DNA of 64,000 nucleotides from contig OZ244048.1 of the NCBI GenBank assembly GCA_965215265.1, positions 2,880,001-2,944,000 on the forward strand, given 5' to 3'. A program made the translations under genes and the position numbers. Each line of letters begins with the position of its first letter. Positions within the stretch are counted from its first letter, which is position 1. Below are positions 30,264-39,673 of this stretch, in pieces. Source of the stretch: Candidatus Poribacteria bacterium (GTDB lineage: Bacteria; Poribacteria; WGA-4E; WGA-3G). Under the pieces are notes generated by a model. That model did no database searches and was not told where the DNA came from. It was given only the letters and a program-made list of their open reading frames with translations.

Positions 30264-30617
30264 ATGCGAGTACAACAACGCAGTACGCTATTTATCTGTT
30301 TGATCGCACTGCTCTTGGCTATCGGCTGTGCCGATCAGCAAAAGACAACAAGCGAGAAAACGGAAACTATCTCACCGTCCACAGCAGAGGCCGCCATTGA
30401 AGAAGTGACACTAAACGTCACAGGTATGACGTGAGGAGCTTGTACCAGTAAGGTGCAGGCTGCACTCTCTCAGGTTAGTGGTGTTACTGAAGTAGTGAGC
30501 GTTTCCGATGCGGAAAACAAGGCGGTAGTGAAGATAGAAAAAGGCAAAGTAACGAACGCCGATTTGACGGCGGCAGTTGAAGGTGCCGGAAATTTTAGTG
30601 CGAAAGTTTCCGAATAA
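30264..30617 (+). CDS. Second HMA domain lipoprotein, probable selenoprotein (absent from the ORF track)
   Basis: GAGGAG RBS; MRVQQ..LAIGC..EEVTLNVTGMT-U(30432)-GACTSKVQAALSQVSGV..AVEGAGNFSAKVSE*. Confidence 0.88.
30432..30472 (+). promoter_or_regulatory. Putative SECIS element (copy 2)
   Basis: Identical to copy 1 except one synonymous base. Confidence 0.7.
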
Positions 30618-30625
30618 ACGTTTGG

Positions 30626-30658
30626 TGGAAGGGCGGGCGTGGCTCGCCCTCTATTTTT
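30626..30658 (+). terminator. Intrinsic terminator
   Basis: AGGGCGGGC..GCTCGCCCT followed by a T-rich tail. Confidence 0.6.
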
Positions 30659-30999
30659 CCGATTGCCTATTGGGTATATTCTAAAATGCGTCAACTTACT
30701 TGTAAAATCTAGTAACTTTTATAAATTATTTTCAGATACATCTACAGAACCTGCTCACAAATTGGTGCATCTCTTTTTTAATATTCTCCTTTTTGTGTAG
30801 TCGGAATTAACTCATCTCAATCCAACCTGTTGGTAATCTAATATTTTCCAATTCCTCTCCCTATTTTGACTTGGGGCAGAATGTGCCATTGCTTATTTTT
30901 TATATCTCATTAGATTTTGAATCAACGGTGGAATGTGTTGAACGGATGAAAACAGTGTTCCCGCCAAAAAAGTCGCATGCTTTTGAAATGTAAATCGAG

Positions 31000-31482
31000 A
31001 TGTTCCAACTCAGAAACTTGTTCATTGTCTTCTTGGCACTGATGCCTATTATTGGATGTTCGTCCGGAAAATCGGGGTTTGACGTAGCGTTGTCGGTTAC
31101 TGGAATGACTCGCGTAACCTCTATTTGGAATGTCATGAAAGCCTTAAAGAGCGTGGAGGCGTTGGAAATCAACGGTAATTTCTATCAGATAACCGGAGTT
31201 AATTTTCCTCTCCGTGATATGCACTATCAGGTAAAAAATAGCAGAGATGCGGATGAACCCCTGCGGATCCTGGTTATAAAAAATAAAATCGGTTGGCGTT
31301 TGCAACCTGATGAACCGAAGTACTTTTTCATTGTGGTGACAACTGAAGCTGAAGGTGTTCCCAAAGTCGCCGTCACGCAAGTGCTCATAAAACGTATCAC
31401 AAACGGGCTTGTGCCAGCCGTTGAACGCCTCGGTTTTCAAGGAAAGGTGGAAAGTGTCAAACCGTTTGATAGGATTTTTTAA
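31000..31482 (+). CDS. Cys-less expanded HMA-like lipoprotein
   Basis: Lipobox IIGC; VALSVTGMTRVTS..VMKALKSV..AVERLGFQGKV. Confidence 0.7.
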   Translation: MFQLRNLFIVFLALMPIIGCSSGKSGFDVALSVTGMTRVTSIWNVMKALKSVEALEINGNFYQITGVNFPLRDMHYQVKNSRDADEPLRILVIKNKIGWRLQPDEPKYFFIVVTTEAEGVPKVAVTQVLIKRITNGLVPAVERLGFQGKVESVKPFDRIF

Positions 31483-31814
31483 ACGACTACCCGGTTAGAT
31501 TTCAATATCTGTTTTCGAAGGAGAATTTTGAAATGCAAACTCGACACCGTCAACGTTGGGGGGTCCTGAATCTAAAGACCTCCCTACCCGAGTTTTGGTA
31601 AACCGCACAAAGTCAATTTAGGACAACGTTTCCGAATAAGCAAGGTTGCCTCGCCGGCCCCGCTGCTAGATGTTCATAAGTAGATTTTAGAATGAATGAT
31701 ACATATTGATAATCTCTGCCAGTGCCTGATCTGATAAAAAAAGCGTTTTTTGGAAAAAATGGGTAACCTTCGTGAAAAATAGGCCTTTTCCCGAAAAATT
31801 ATGCTTTTTTTAAT

Positions 31815-31885
31815 TTGACAAAAACTGGTTTAGAGGGTATAATTATAAATAATCTGATTTCAAAAGGGCAATTTTCAGATTTTAA
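31815..31885 (+). promoter_or_regulatory. Consensus sigma-70 promoter with downstream inverted repeat (copy 1 of 3)
   Basis: TTGACA-17-TATAAT, then AATCTGA-N17-TCAGATT. Confidence 0.75.
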
Positions 31886-32470
31886 TCGCAAATATGTCTC
31901 GCGTTGCATCTCACTTTTCCATAGAGAGTCTTGTAAGAGGTCATGAGAACAATGAATAGATACTGTCATGTTAACATTTTGATTCGTTGTGTATCATCAA
32001 GCCGGATGGTAACTCGCTGGGCATCTGCTGCGAACGTTGTTGGAAACCTAGTCCTTCTTGAGAGGCTGCTGTCTGAACCTATGTTCTCAAGCCTCAGTTC
32101 ACCCCCCCCACCCTCACCTATCATGCGTTAAGGCTATTTCAGACTGTTTTCGGTGCAGTTTCCCGTATGATGCGGAGAAACCCCTCGTCCGCATGTATTC
32201 CGTTTCTTCAGAGACTACAAAGAGTCCCTTGGCACGTTTCCTTACCCGGTCGCTTCAAGGGCTATTTTTGTTGTATCGTTGCGCACCTTATCCACGCCGT
32301 GAACAAGTGGATGAAGCAGGTGACGCGGAGCCAATGTCAACACTTTTGTCAGAATCTCGTTAAAGAAGAGGAAACACATGCTGTCGCGGCAGCGTTCCAG
32401 AGGGACACAGCGCACCGGGAGTTGCGTCGGCATCTATCCGGCGAAGTGCTTGGTGGAGAAGCGGCGATGA
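31816..32470 (+). repeat. ~655-bp near-identical duplication, copy 1 (copy 2 at 35296-35951)
   Basis: Direct comparison shows a few SNPs and a differing C-tract. Confidence 0.92.
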
Positions 32471-32664
32471 AGGCGATTAGGGTGTTGGGTTCCAAATATG
32501 TAGACGTAGCAGTATTGCGTGCGTAGGGTACACGTTGGTTGTCGGAGATAGGGAAACGGCTCCGCATTCCGAAAGACACGGCGAAGTCACGCTGGTGGAA
32601 GATTCGTGAACGTGTTTACGAACATTTCGGTGTGCGGTTTCCACCCAAAAAGGGGAGTCCCTAA
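31943..32664 (+). pseudogene. Decayed ECF sigma-factor-like gene
   Basis: C-terminal region-4-like KAIRVLGSKYVDVAVLRA*GTRWLSEIGKRLRIPKDTAKSRWWKIRE, with TAG at 32524. The upstream part is frameshifted. Confidence 0.55.
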
Positions 32665-32817
32665 CGCGATTCAGGGTGCTTCAGGTTTATCCCTTTTTTG
32701 GAAACAAAAGAGGGAATGTATGTTCACTTTCATTTATTTCTTGATTGATTTTATAGCAGTAGATGTGATAAGATGAGTGATGTCTCCTGCGAATTGAGAG
32801 AGGCACCGAGGATATCT
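32661..32817 (+). promoter_or_regulatory. Conserved ~150-nt non-coding leader or ncRNA candidate, copy 2
   Basis: Homologous to 4148-4298. Contains the hairpin CCCTTTTTTG-GAAA-CAAAAGAGGG. Confidence 0.65.
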
Positions 32818-32998
32818 CCGACATCCATCGACGCAGTCCTGCTATAGAATCGGTATGACAGCATTGGTTTTCTATTCTATCACAAATATAGGTATGGAAG
32901 AAAACTCGCGCCGTATATAAAAGGGGAACGTTTTCCCGTTGTCGCATAAAACACTGTTTTCTGGGACTTTTAACTAGCACCTCACAAAGGATTTTTAA

Positions 32999-33652
32999 AT
33001 GTTTAAACGAAACTGGCTTTGGGCACTTGCTTTACTCCTTCTCATCGGCATCGGAAGCTTTGTGCTTTTAAAATCTAAAGCACCGCTGAAACCGATAAAA
33101 GTCTATAAGATGATAAAACCAGAACCGGAACCGGGTCCAACAAAGACAAGCACAAGCGACACAGAAATCACCACACCACATAGCCATGAACCCAACGATA
33201 ACCACCGCCATGGGCATTCCCATGAGAAGGTGTCGCCCTCCCACGTCGTGGAACCTGTCTCCAACGATGGTGAGTATGATTGGCGAAATGATGGCGTGTT
33301 TGATGTATCCGAACAGCAAGAAGAGGCCTGGAAACCAACGGATCCAGAACGTGAATTGCCTGACGCTGCTGAGGATACCTACCCACCTCGAGACTGGCAC
33401 AAAACAGAAGATATCGAGTTGCGCGCCGAGTATTTTTACGCCCAACTCCTCAAGCAATTTGGAGACATTCCAGAAGTTCATACTGTTGGCGAATACAATT
33501 TAAACGTTGCAAAAGGTGTGCCGCAAACGCTTCGTCAAATGGAAGACTACCTTGAAGCAAACTATCATCTCTTTCGGAATGATAAAAATAAAAAAGCCCT
33601 CGAAGAATTCTATAAGCTAAAAGCATTAGGTGCAACAATGGGGGCGAAATAA
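32999..33652 (+). CDS. Membrane-anchored His-rich protein with QLLKQFGDIPEVH domain
   Basis: N-terminal TM helix, HSHEPNDNHRHGHSH, and a motif shared with the neighbouring gene. Confidence 0.78.
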   Translation: MFKRNWLWALALLLLIGIGSFVLLKSKAPLKPIKVYKMIKPEPEPGPTKTSTSDTEITTPHSHEPNDNHRHGHSHEKVSPSHVVEPVSNDGEYDWRNDGVFDVSEQQEEAWKPTDPERELPDAAEDTYPPRDWHKTEDIELRAEYFYAQLLKQFGDIPEVHTVGEYNLNVAKGVPQTLRQMEDYLEANYHLFRNDKNKKALEEFYKLKALGATMGAK

Positions 33653-33662
33653 GGAGGACTTC

Positions 33663-34508
33663 ATGAAAACGCTCAACTTTTTCGGTATCTCTATTTCTTT
33701 TATATTCGTTTATCTCCTCTGCTTAGCTGCTTTTTGCGGATGTGGCGCCACGGGAGATGAGTCCGGGCATTCAAGCGTGAACCTTGTCTCGGGAGATGAG
33801 CCCGGGCATTCAAGAGAGTACCTTCTCTCGGAAAAATTCAAATGGCCTGCCGGTGCCACCGGTGAGCTGTGGGAGCTCCCAGATGCAGATGTTGCCGAAC
33901 TGTTAGCTATAACCCCACCTGCCGATTGGCCCCAGACGGCAGACCCCGAGTTGCGTAGGAAATATCGTTTTGCCCAACTCCTCAAGCAGTTTGGAGACAT
34001 TCCCGAGCTCCGCTATATTATAGCATATGAGCGAAAACCCAAAAATATCACGATCGAGCAAGCTATCGCTGTTTCTGAAGCCATGTACCGTCTCTTCCCG
34101 AATGAAATAAACCTAAAATCACTGCGAGACATCCGCACAATAGCCGAGGAACTTCGCTCCCCACAATATAGACCTAAAAATGAACTAGATAAAAATGAAC
34201 TAGAAGTGTGGATGGATGCGGATCCTGTGGAATTCGAACTAGAAGTGTGGATGGATGCGGATCCTGTGGAATTCGAACTAGAAGTGTGGATGGATGCGGA
34301 TCCTGTGGAATTCATCGATGCCCAGCGATTATTATATGTGGAAAAATACGGAGATATCCCAGAGGTCCACACTTATCTGAATCTCCTACTAAAACAGTTA
34401 TTGGGAAAAATACTCACAGCTGCGGAACGTCAGGAAATGAACGCGGCACGCTTACATCTTAATCGACTTGAACAAGGCGAGGCTAACCCGGATGATAATG
34501 ATGACTAA
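33663..34508 (+). CDS. Putative lipoprotein with two (F/Y)GDIPE domains and a 13-aa repeat x3
   Basis: AAGGAGG RBS, lipobox-like FCGC, QFGDIPELR and KYGDIPEVHTYL. Confidence 0.78.
   Translation: MKTLNFFGISISFIFVYLLCLAAFCGCGATGDESGHSSVNLVSGDEPGHSREYLLSEKFKWPAGATGELWELPDADVAELLAITPPADWPQTADPELRRKYRFAQLLKQFGDIPELRYIIAYERKPKNITIEQAIAVSEAMYRLFPNEINLKSLRDIRTIAEELRSPQYRPKNELDKNELEVWMDADPVEFELEVWMDADPVEFELEVWMDADPVEFIDAQRLLYVEKYGDIPEVHTYLNLLLKQLLGKILTAAERQEMNAARLHLNRLEQGEANPDDNDD
34197..34313 (+). repeat. Exact 39-bp tandem repeat x3 (ELEVWMDADPVEF)
   Basis: GAACTAGAAGTGTGGATGGATGCGGATCCTGTGGAATTC, three times. Confidence 0.92.
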
Positions 34509-34686
34509 ACCTCGCGATGTTTTTTATCCTCGTCGTGAGTCGACGTGGCTCACTTCGGCTGCTGGCTCCTGCCAGCCAATTTACCAAAACTGAAAGGGTA
34601 AAAGAGTGAAAAAAATTGCAGGTTGATAGAATACATGCAAAACATTTACTTTTACCCATCACGCTTTATCTCATAAGGAGAAACAA

Positions 34687-35034
34687 ATGTTGAAAAAAAT
34701 ATTGGAAGGTCTCTTCCTCTTTATCCTTGTGTTCGCTTTTACGATACCTTTATTGGTTATCACCAACACCGCCGATTCTACCGATAATAGGGTTCATTAT
34801 TACCTCTACCACGTTGATGTAGTCTGCCCTGATGGATCGATTTTTAGTTCTTATCGAGAATGGCGAAGCACTTCATGGACCGACGACAATCATCCAGATG
34901 ACTGGCTATTTTGCTTCGATAATGGCCAGGGGATACAATGTGACCCTTTCCACACAAGTCATTTAGTCGATTATACGTTCGATCACAGTATTACCTATAC
35001 TACTACATCTGTGTCTGCCGCCGCATGTCGTTAG
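34687..35034 (+). CDS. Small secreted Tyr/His/Trp/Asp-rich protein with 4 Cys (115 aa)
   Basis: AAGGAG RBS and a signal peptide. Confidence 0.75.
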   Translation: MLKKILEGLFLFILVFAFTIPLLVITNTADSTDNRVHYYLYHVDVVCPDGSIFSSYREWRSTSWTDDNHPDDWLFCFDNGQGIQCDPFHTSHLVDYTFDHSITYTTTSVSAAACR

Positions 35035-35101
35035 TTCGTTTAATAACTAGAAGCACGCGGCAGTATACTAAAAAATCAGTCGTTACTGACAGAGGTTCAA
35101 A

Positions 35102-35143
35102 AGGGAAACGCGGTTACATACAATATGAGAACCGCGTTTCCCT
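35102..35143 (+). terminator. 14-bp perfect stem-loop after the small secreted-protein gene
   Basis: AGGGAAACGCGGTT..AACCGCGTTTCCCT. Confidence 0.65.
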
Positions 35144-35259
35144 ATTTCTAAAAGGAAAAATTGTCTCCAAAAACTCTGAAACTCACAGAAGAAAGTTACT
35201 AGGGAGAACGGACACTCCACCTCCGCGTTATAGTAAGCTCTGTAATTACTAGGACATTC

Positions 35260-35951
35260 ACAGACATCTTCGTATGCTTTTCTTGCATTTTCATGTGACA
35301 AAAACTGGTTTAGGGGGTATAATTATAAATAATCTGATTTCAAAAGGGCAATTTTCAGATTTTAATCGCAAATATGTCTCGTGTTGCCCTTCATTTTTCC
35401 ATAGAGAGTCTTGTAAGAGGTCATGAGAACAATGAATAGATACTGTCATGTTAACATTTTGATTCGTTGTGTATCATCAAGCCGGATGGTAACTCGCTGG
35501 GCATCTGCTGCGAACGTTGTTGGAAACCTAGTCCTTCTTGAGAGGCTGCTGTCTGAACCTATGTTCTCAAGCCTCAGTTCACCCCCCCCCCACCTCACCT
35601 ATCATGTGTTAAGGCTATTTCAGACTGTTTTCGGTGCAGTTTCCCGTATGATGCGGAGAAACCCCTCGTCCGCATGTATTCCGTTTCTTCAGAGACTACA
35701 AAGAGTCCCTTGGCACGTTTCCTTACCCGGTCGCTTCAAGGGCTATTTTTGTTGTATCGTTGCGCACCTTATCCACGCCGTGAACAAGTGGATGAAACAG
35801 GTGACGCGGAGCCAATGTCAACACTTCTGTCAGAATCTCGTTAAAGAAGAGGAAACACATGCTGTCGCGGCAGCGTTCCAGAGGGACACAGCGCACCGGG
35901 AGTTGCGTCGGCATCTGTCCGGCGACGTGCTTGGTGGAGAAGCGGCGATGA
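35260..35951 (+). repeat. Copy 2 of the promoter plus sigma-remnant segment, truncated before region 4
   Basis: Matches 31816-32470. The first ~105 bp also match ~46780-46886. Confidence 0.9.
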
Positions 35952-36109
35952 CGGAGGATTGCCAGAGAAAGCCTCTCTGCCTTCCTACCGCAATCCCATT
36001 TTCACGAAACTTGCTTTCTATTGGTAAGTCTCTTCCTTGTGCACAGGGAATGAATCGAGCAAACCGTGAATCTTCGGCGCGGAATCTATTAACTTAGCAG
36101 GAGGAAAAA

Positions 36110-37450
36110 ATGTCGAATCGCAAAGAAGTTACTGAACAGAAAACAAAGGAAAAGCGTTATCTTATTGAGGGTGGATATAAACTTGAAGGGGTTGTTGAAG
36201 TGGATGCAGCAAAGAACGCTATTAGTAAACAAATCGTTGCCTCAATATTAACAGAGGCCCCCTGTACTTTTACGAATGTCCCTCGTATTACCGAGATTAA
36301 CGCAATTCTTGATATGCTCTCAGAGATAGGGGCGAGCTATGAATGGTTGGACGAGGGGACATTGGTTATTCAAACGCCAAAACTTGCGCGGGCGACAGTG
36401 AGTGAAAAATATTCGGGTTTCAACCGTATCCCGATCTTGCTTCTTGCTCCGCTTTTACATCGTGCCAAAGAAGTGAAAGTTCCAGTCGTTGGCGGATGTC
36501 GAATCGGAGAGCGTCCTGTTGATTATCATATAGCAGGATTAGAAGCTATGGGAGCAAGTGTAGAAATATCCGATAAATATTATATAGCCCGCAGCGGAAA
36601 ATTACAAGGTGCTGTGGTGGAATTACCGTATCCGAGTGTAGGAGCGACAGAAAATATATTAATGGCAGCGACACTGGCAGAAGGGACAACTGTTATTATT
36701 AATGCAGCGATAGAACCTGAAATTATTGATACGATTCTTTTCCTGCAGAAAATGGGAGCTTTGATTGCCATCGATGTTGATAGACGAATTATAATTGAAG
36801 GAGTTAATGAGCTCCACGGGGCTACGCATTATACAATGAGTGATAGAATTGAAGTGGCATCGCTCGCCACCGCCGCGCTCGCCACAAATGGACGTGTTAC
36901 CGTAAAAAATGCCCAGCAAGTACACATGATTGCATTCCTCAATGAGCTGCGGAAAGCCGGAGGGGAAATGCAGGTTGATGCCGATGGGATTACATTTTTT
37001 CGAAAAAACCGTGAATTGCATGGGACCCACATCGAAACGGATGTCCATCCAGGGTTCATGACTGACTGGCAACAACCTTTTGTGGTTTTGCTTACACAAG
37101 CACATGGAGTTTCTGTTATACATGAGACCGTATATGAGGATAGATTTGGTTATACTCATATGCTGGGGACTATGGGGGCTGATATTGATTTATCCAGATC
37201 ATGTCTTGGTCATAAATTTTGTCGATTTCGGGATAAAAATTATTTACATAGTTGTATCGTCCGAGGTCCCACACAACTCAAAGGGCAGACCATCACGATT
37301 CCTGATTTACGCGCAGGGTACGCTTATATAATTGCTGCGTTAGTCGCAGAAGGAGCCAGTGAAGTCAGAGGAATTAATTATATAGAACGTGGGTATGCTA
37401 AAGTGCCTGAGAAACTCAAAGCAATAGGGGCTACCATTGATGTCTTGTGA
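36110..37450 (+). CDS. murA: UDP-N-acetylglucosamine 1-carboxyvinyltransferase
   Basis: AKNA, GGCRIGERPVDYH, SVGATEN, PGFMTDWQ, DLRAG. Confidence 0.93.
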   Translation: MSNRKEVTEQKTKEKRYLIEGGYKLEGVVEVDAAKNAISKQIVASILTEAPCTFTNVPRITEINAILDMLSEIGASYEWLDEGTLVIQTPKLARATVSEKYSGFNRIPILLLAPLLHRAKEVKVPVVGGCRIGERPVDYHIAGLEAMGASVEISDKYYIARSGKLQGAVVELPYPSVGATENILMAATLAEGTTVIINAAIEPEIIDTILFLQKMGALIAIDVDRRIIIEGVNELHGATHYTMSDRIEVASLATAALATNGRVTVKNAQQVHMIAFLNELRKAGGEMQVDADGITFFRKNRELHGTHIETDVHPGFMTDWQQPFVVLLTQAHGVSVIHETVYEDRFGYTHMLGTMGADIDLSRSCLGHKFCRFRDKNYLHSCIVRGPTQLKGQTITIPDLRAGYAYIIAALVAEGASEVRGINYIERGYAKVPEKLKAIGATIDVL

Positions 37451-37766
37451 TGGACAACATCCCGCTGAGTAAAATTAGGATATAACTGTTAAGACTCTTT
37501 CTTCTGAGTCACTCAGTTATAAACCGATTCCGATTTTTCACAGAGTTCGTATGCCCGACTGCGTTTCTAATCATCCCGAGATGACAGTGCCATTACGATT
37601 CAGGTACGAAAAAGAATTCCCTGAAAAACGACGACATTTAGGAGAACACCAGAATGGATGCAAGTCTTGTCATTCCTAGGTGATGACGGTACGGAGATGT
37701 ACAAGCCAGCAACTTGTGATGTGCTGCAGTATACAAAAACGCCTACGATTGCATAGAAAGAAAACC

Positions 37767-39494
37767 ATGAAAAACATCCTGCGAATTTTAGCGTATGTGC
37801 GCCCGTATTGGCACTTTCAGCTGCTCTATATTTGCTTTTCACTCGTGTATGCGGGGTCTCTTTTGGCATTTCCGTGGCTTGAAAAACTCTTGATTGATGA
37901 TGTCTTGACTGCAGGCAACGCAGACATGCTGCTGCCCCTATGTAGCCTCTATCTTTTGATAGCCGTGGGGCTCTTCTTTATTACATTTTGTATGCGCTAT
38001 TTTGGAACAAAAGTCTCACAAAATGTCTCTAAAGACATCAAACTCGATGCCTACCATCACCTGCGGAAGTTGGGCTTTCATTTTTACGATTCACAGCAAA
38101 CCGGGCGGACGATGGCCCTCTTTAATTCGGATATCCCCAAAGCCGCCGGACTTCGCGGTTTTATAGGGGGTTATTTGCTCCGGTGTATTGAGTTTATTTC
38201 CACGTTTTGCCTTGTGATGTCTTTCCGTTGGCAGCTCGGTCTGTTCGCGCTGCTGCTTGTTGGCTTAAATCTCCTGATTCCCATTTTGTTAGATAAACCT
38301 CTTAAAAGAATCGGCACGGAGATTCAAGAACATCGGGCAACGTTATCTGCCATTTTGCAAGAGGGCATCGCAGGGTCAGGCGAACTGAAAGGACTTGGGA
38401 AGGAACTTTTTGATTTAAAGAACATCCAGCAATCGCTTTTACGCTTGGTTTCTCTTAACATCAAGCAGCTAATCATTCGGAAGATAGGAAGTATCAATGT
38501 CGTCCTGTTTTGGGCAGCACACGCTTTGATACTTTTCGTCGGTGGCGGGTACGTCTTGCGGCAAATGATGACTGTCGGGACACTCATTGCGTCAACAAGG
38601 TATTTCGGGAGTTTGTATAATCCGCTGCGGTGGATAATAGATTATCATATCGGTGTCCCTTTAAGCTTGGTTGCCGCCCGCCGTGTTTTTGCCTTCTTTG
38701 ATGAATACGCGGAAGAACCGCAAGACGGAACCCCAATCGCAGACGTGACGGGATATGTTCGATTTTCCAATGTCTCTTTTCAGTATCGCGAAAAGCACCC
38801 CGTTTTGAAGGCGGTCAGTTTCGAAGCAATGCCGGGGGAAACGGTGGCAATCGTTGGCCACAGTGGGGCGGGGAAAAGCACGTTGATACGTCTGATTCCA
38901 CGCTTCTATCAACCGCAACAGGGCGGCATCTTTATCGACACGATACCGATTGATAAGATTCAACTTCAATCGCTGCGATCGCATATCGGCCTTGTCTTTC
39001 AAGACCCCTACCTATTTGCGGACACCGTCGCATATAATATCCGTATCGGGGCAGAAGCCCCGGAGGCAGTGACACTTGACGAGGTTGCAACTGCGGCAAA
39101 GTTGGCAAATGCACACGACTTCATTATGAACTTACCCGAACAATACGAGAGTAAAGTCGGCGAGCGCGGCGTTCGCTTATCTGGCGGCGAACGGCAACGC
39201 CTTGCGATTGCACGCCTCTTCCTGAGAAATCCAAAGATTTTAATTCTCGATGAGGCAACATCCTCCTTAGATGCAGAATCTGAAGCCTTGGTGCAAGAAG
39301 CCCTCACGCAACTTATCAAGGGACGCACGTGTTTTGTCATCGCACATAGACTCTCTACTATATTGAACGCGGATAAAATCCTTGTACTGAATGATGGTAG
39401 ACTCGTTGAAACGGGCACACATAGCACTTTGATTCAACAACAAGGGGTATACCACAGATTGTTTCAAGCACAGTTTGCGAAGATGAAGGTTTAG
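37767..39494 (+). CDS. ABC exporter, fused permease/ATPase
   Basis: TM domain, GHSGAGKS, LSGGERQR, DEATS. Confidence 0.92.
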   Translation: MKNILRILAYVRPYWHFQLLYICFSLVYAGSLLAFPWLEKLLIDDVLTAGNADMLLPLCSLYLLIAVGLFFITFCMRYFGTKVSQNVSKDIKLDAYHHLRKLGFHFYDSQQTGRTMALFNSDIPKAAGLRGFIGGYLLRCIEFISTFCLVMSFRWQLGLFALLLVGLNLLIPILLDKPLKRIGTEIQEHRATLSAILQEGIAGSGELKGLGKELFDLKNIQQSLLRLVSLNIKQLIIRKIGSINVVLFWAAHALILFVGGGYVLRQMMTVGTLIASTRYFGSLYNPLRWIIDYHIGVPLSLVAARRVFAFFDEYAEEPQDGTPIADVTGYVRFSNVSFQYREKHPVLKAVSFEAMPGETVAIVGHSGAGKSTLIRLIPRFYQPQQGGIFIDTIPIDKIQLQSLRSHIGLVFQDPYLFADTVAYNIRIGAEAPEAVTLDEVATAAKLANAHDFIMNLPEQYESKVGERGVRLSGGERQRLAIARLFLRNPKILILDEATSSLDAESEALVQEALTQLIKGRTCFVIAHRLSTILNADKILVLNDGRLVETGTHSTLIQQQGVYHRLFQAQFAKMKV

Positions 39495-39529
39495 CCGCTT
39501 TCTTCTACAAGAGCACAACAATGATTGCT

Positions 39530-39636
39530 GTGGCAGGTTAGGTATGGCAGGAACCCTGCCACCTGCCACCCACTGGGAGCCCTTCGATGTTTTGAATTTT
39601 AAAGACTCTGCCTAAGTAGATTTGTAAAGGATTATC
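39530..39636. repeat. Degenerate member of the intergenic repeat family
   Basis: GTGGCAGGTTAGGTATGG; GAGCCCTTCGATGTT..AGATTTGTAAAGGATT. Confidence 0.55.
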
Positions 39637-39673
39637 AAAAACATAACCCTTGATGGGGCTGAAAGATACAAAA

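Noticed and set aside
35423-36097. 224-aa ORF as a real protein
   Set aside because: It lies in a duplicated, decayed segment, is broken in the other copy, and runs across the repeat boundary.
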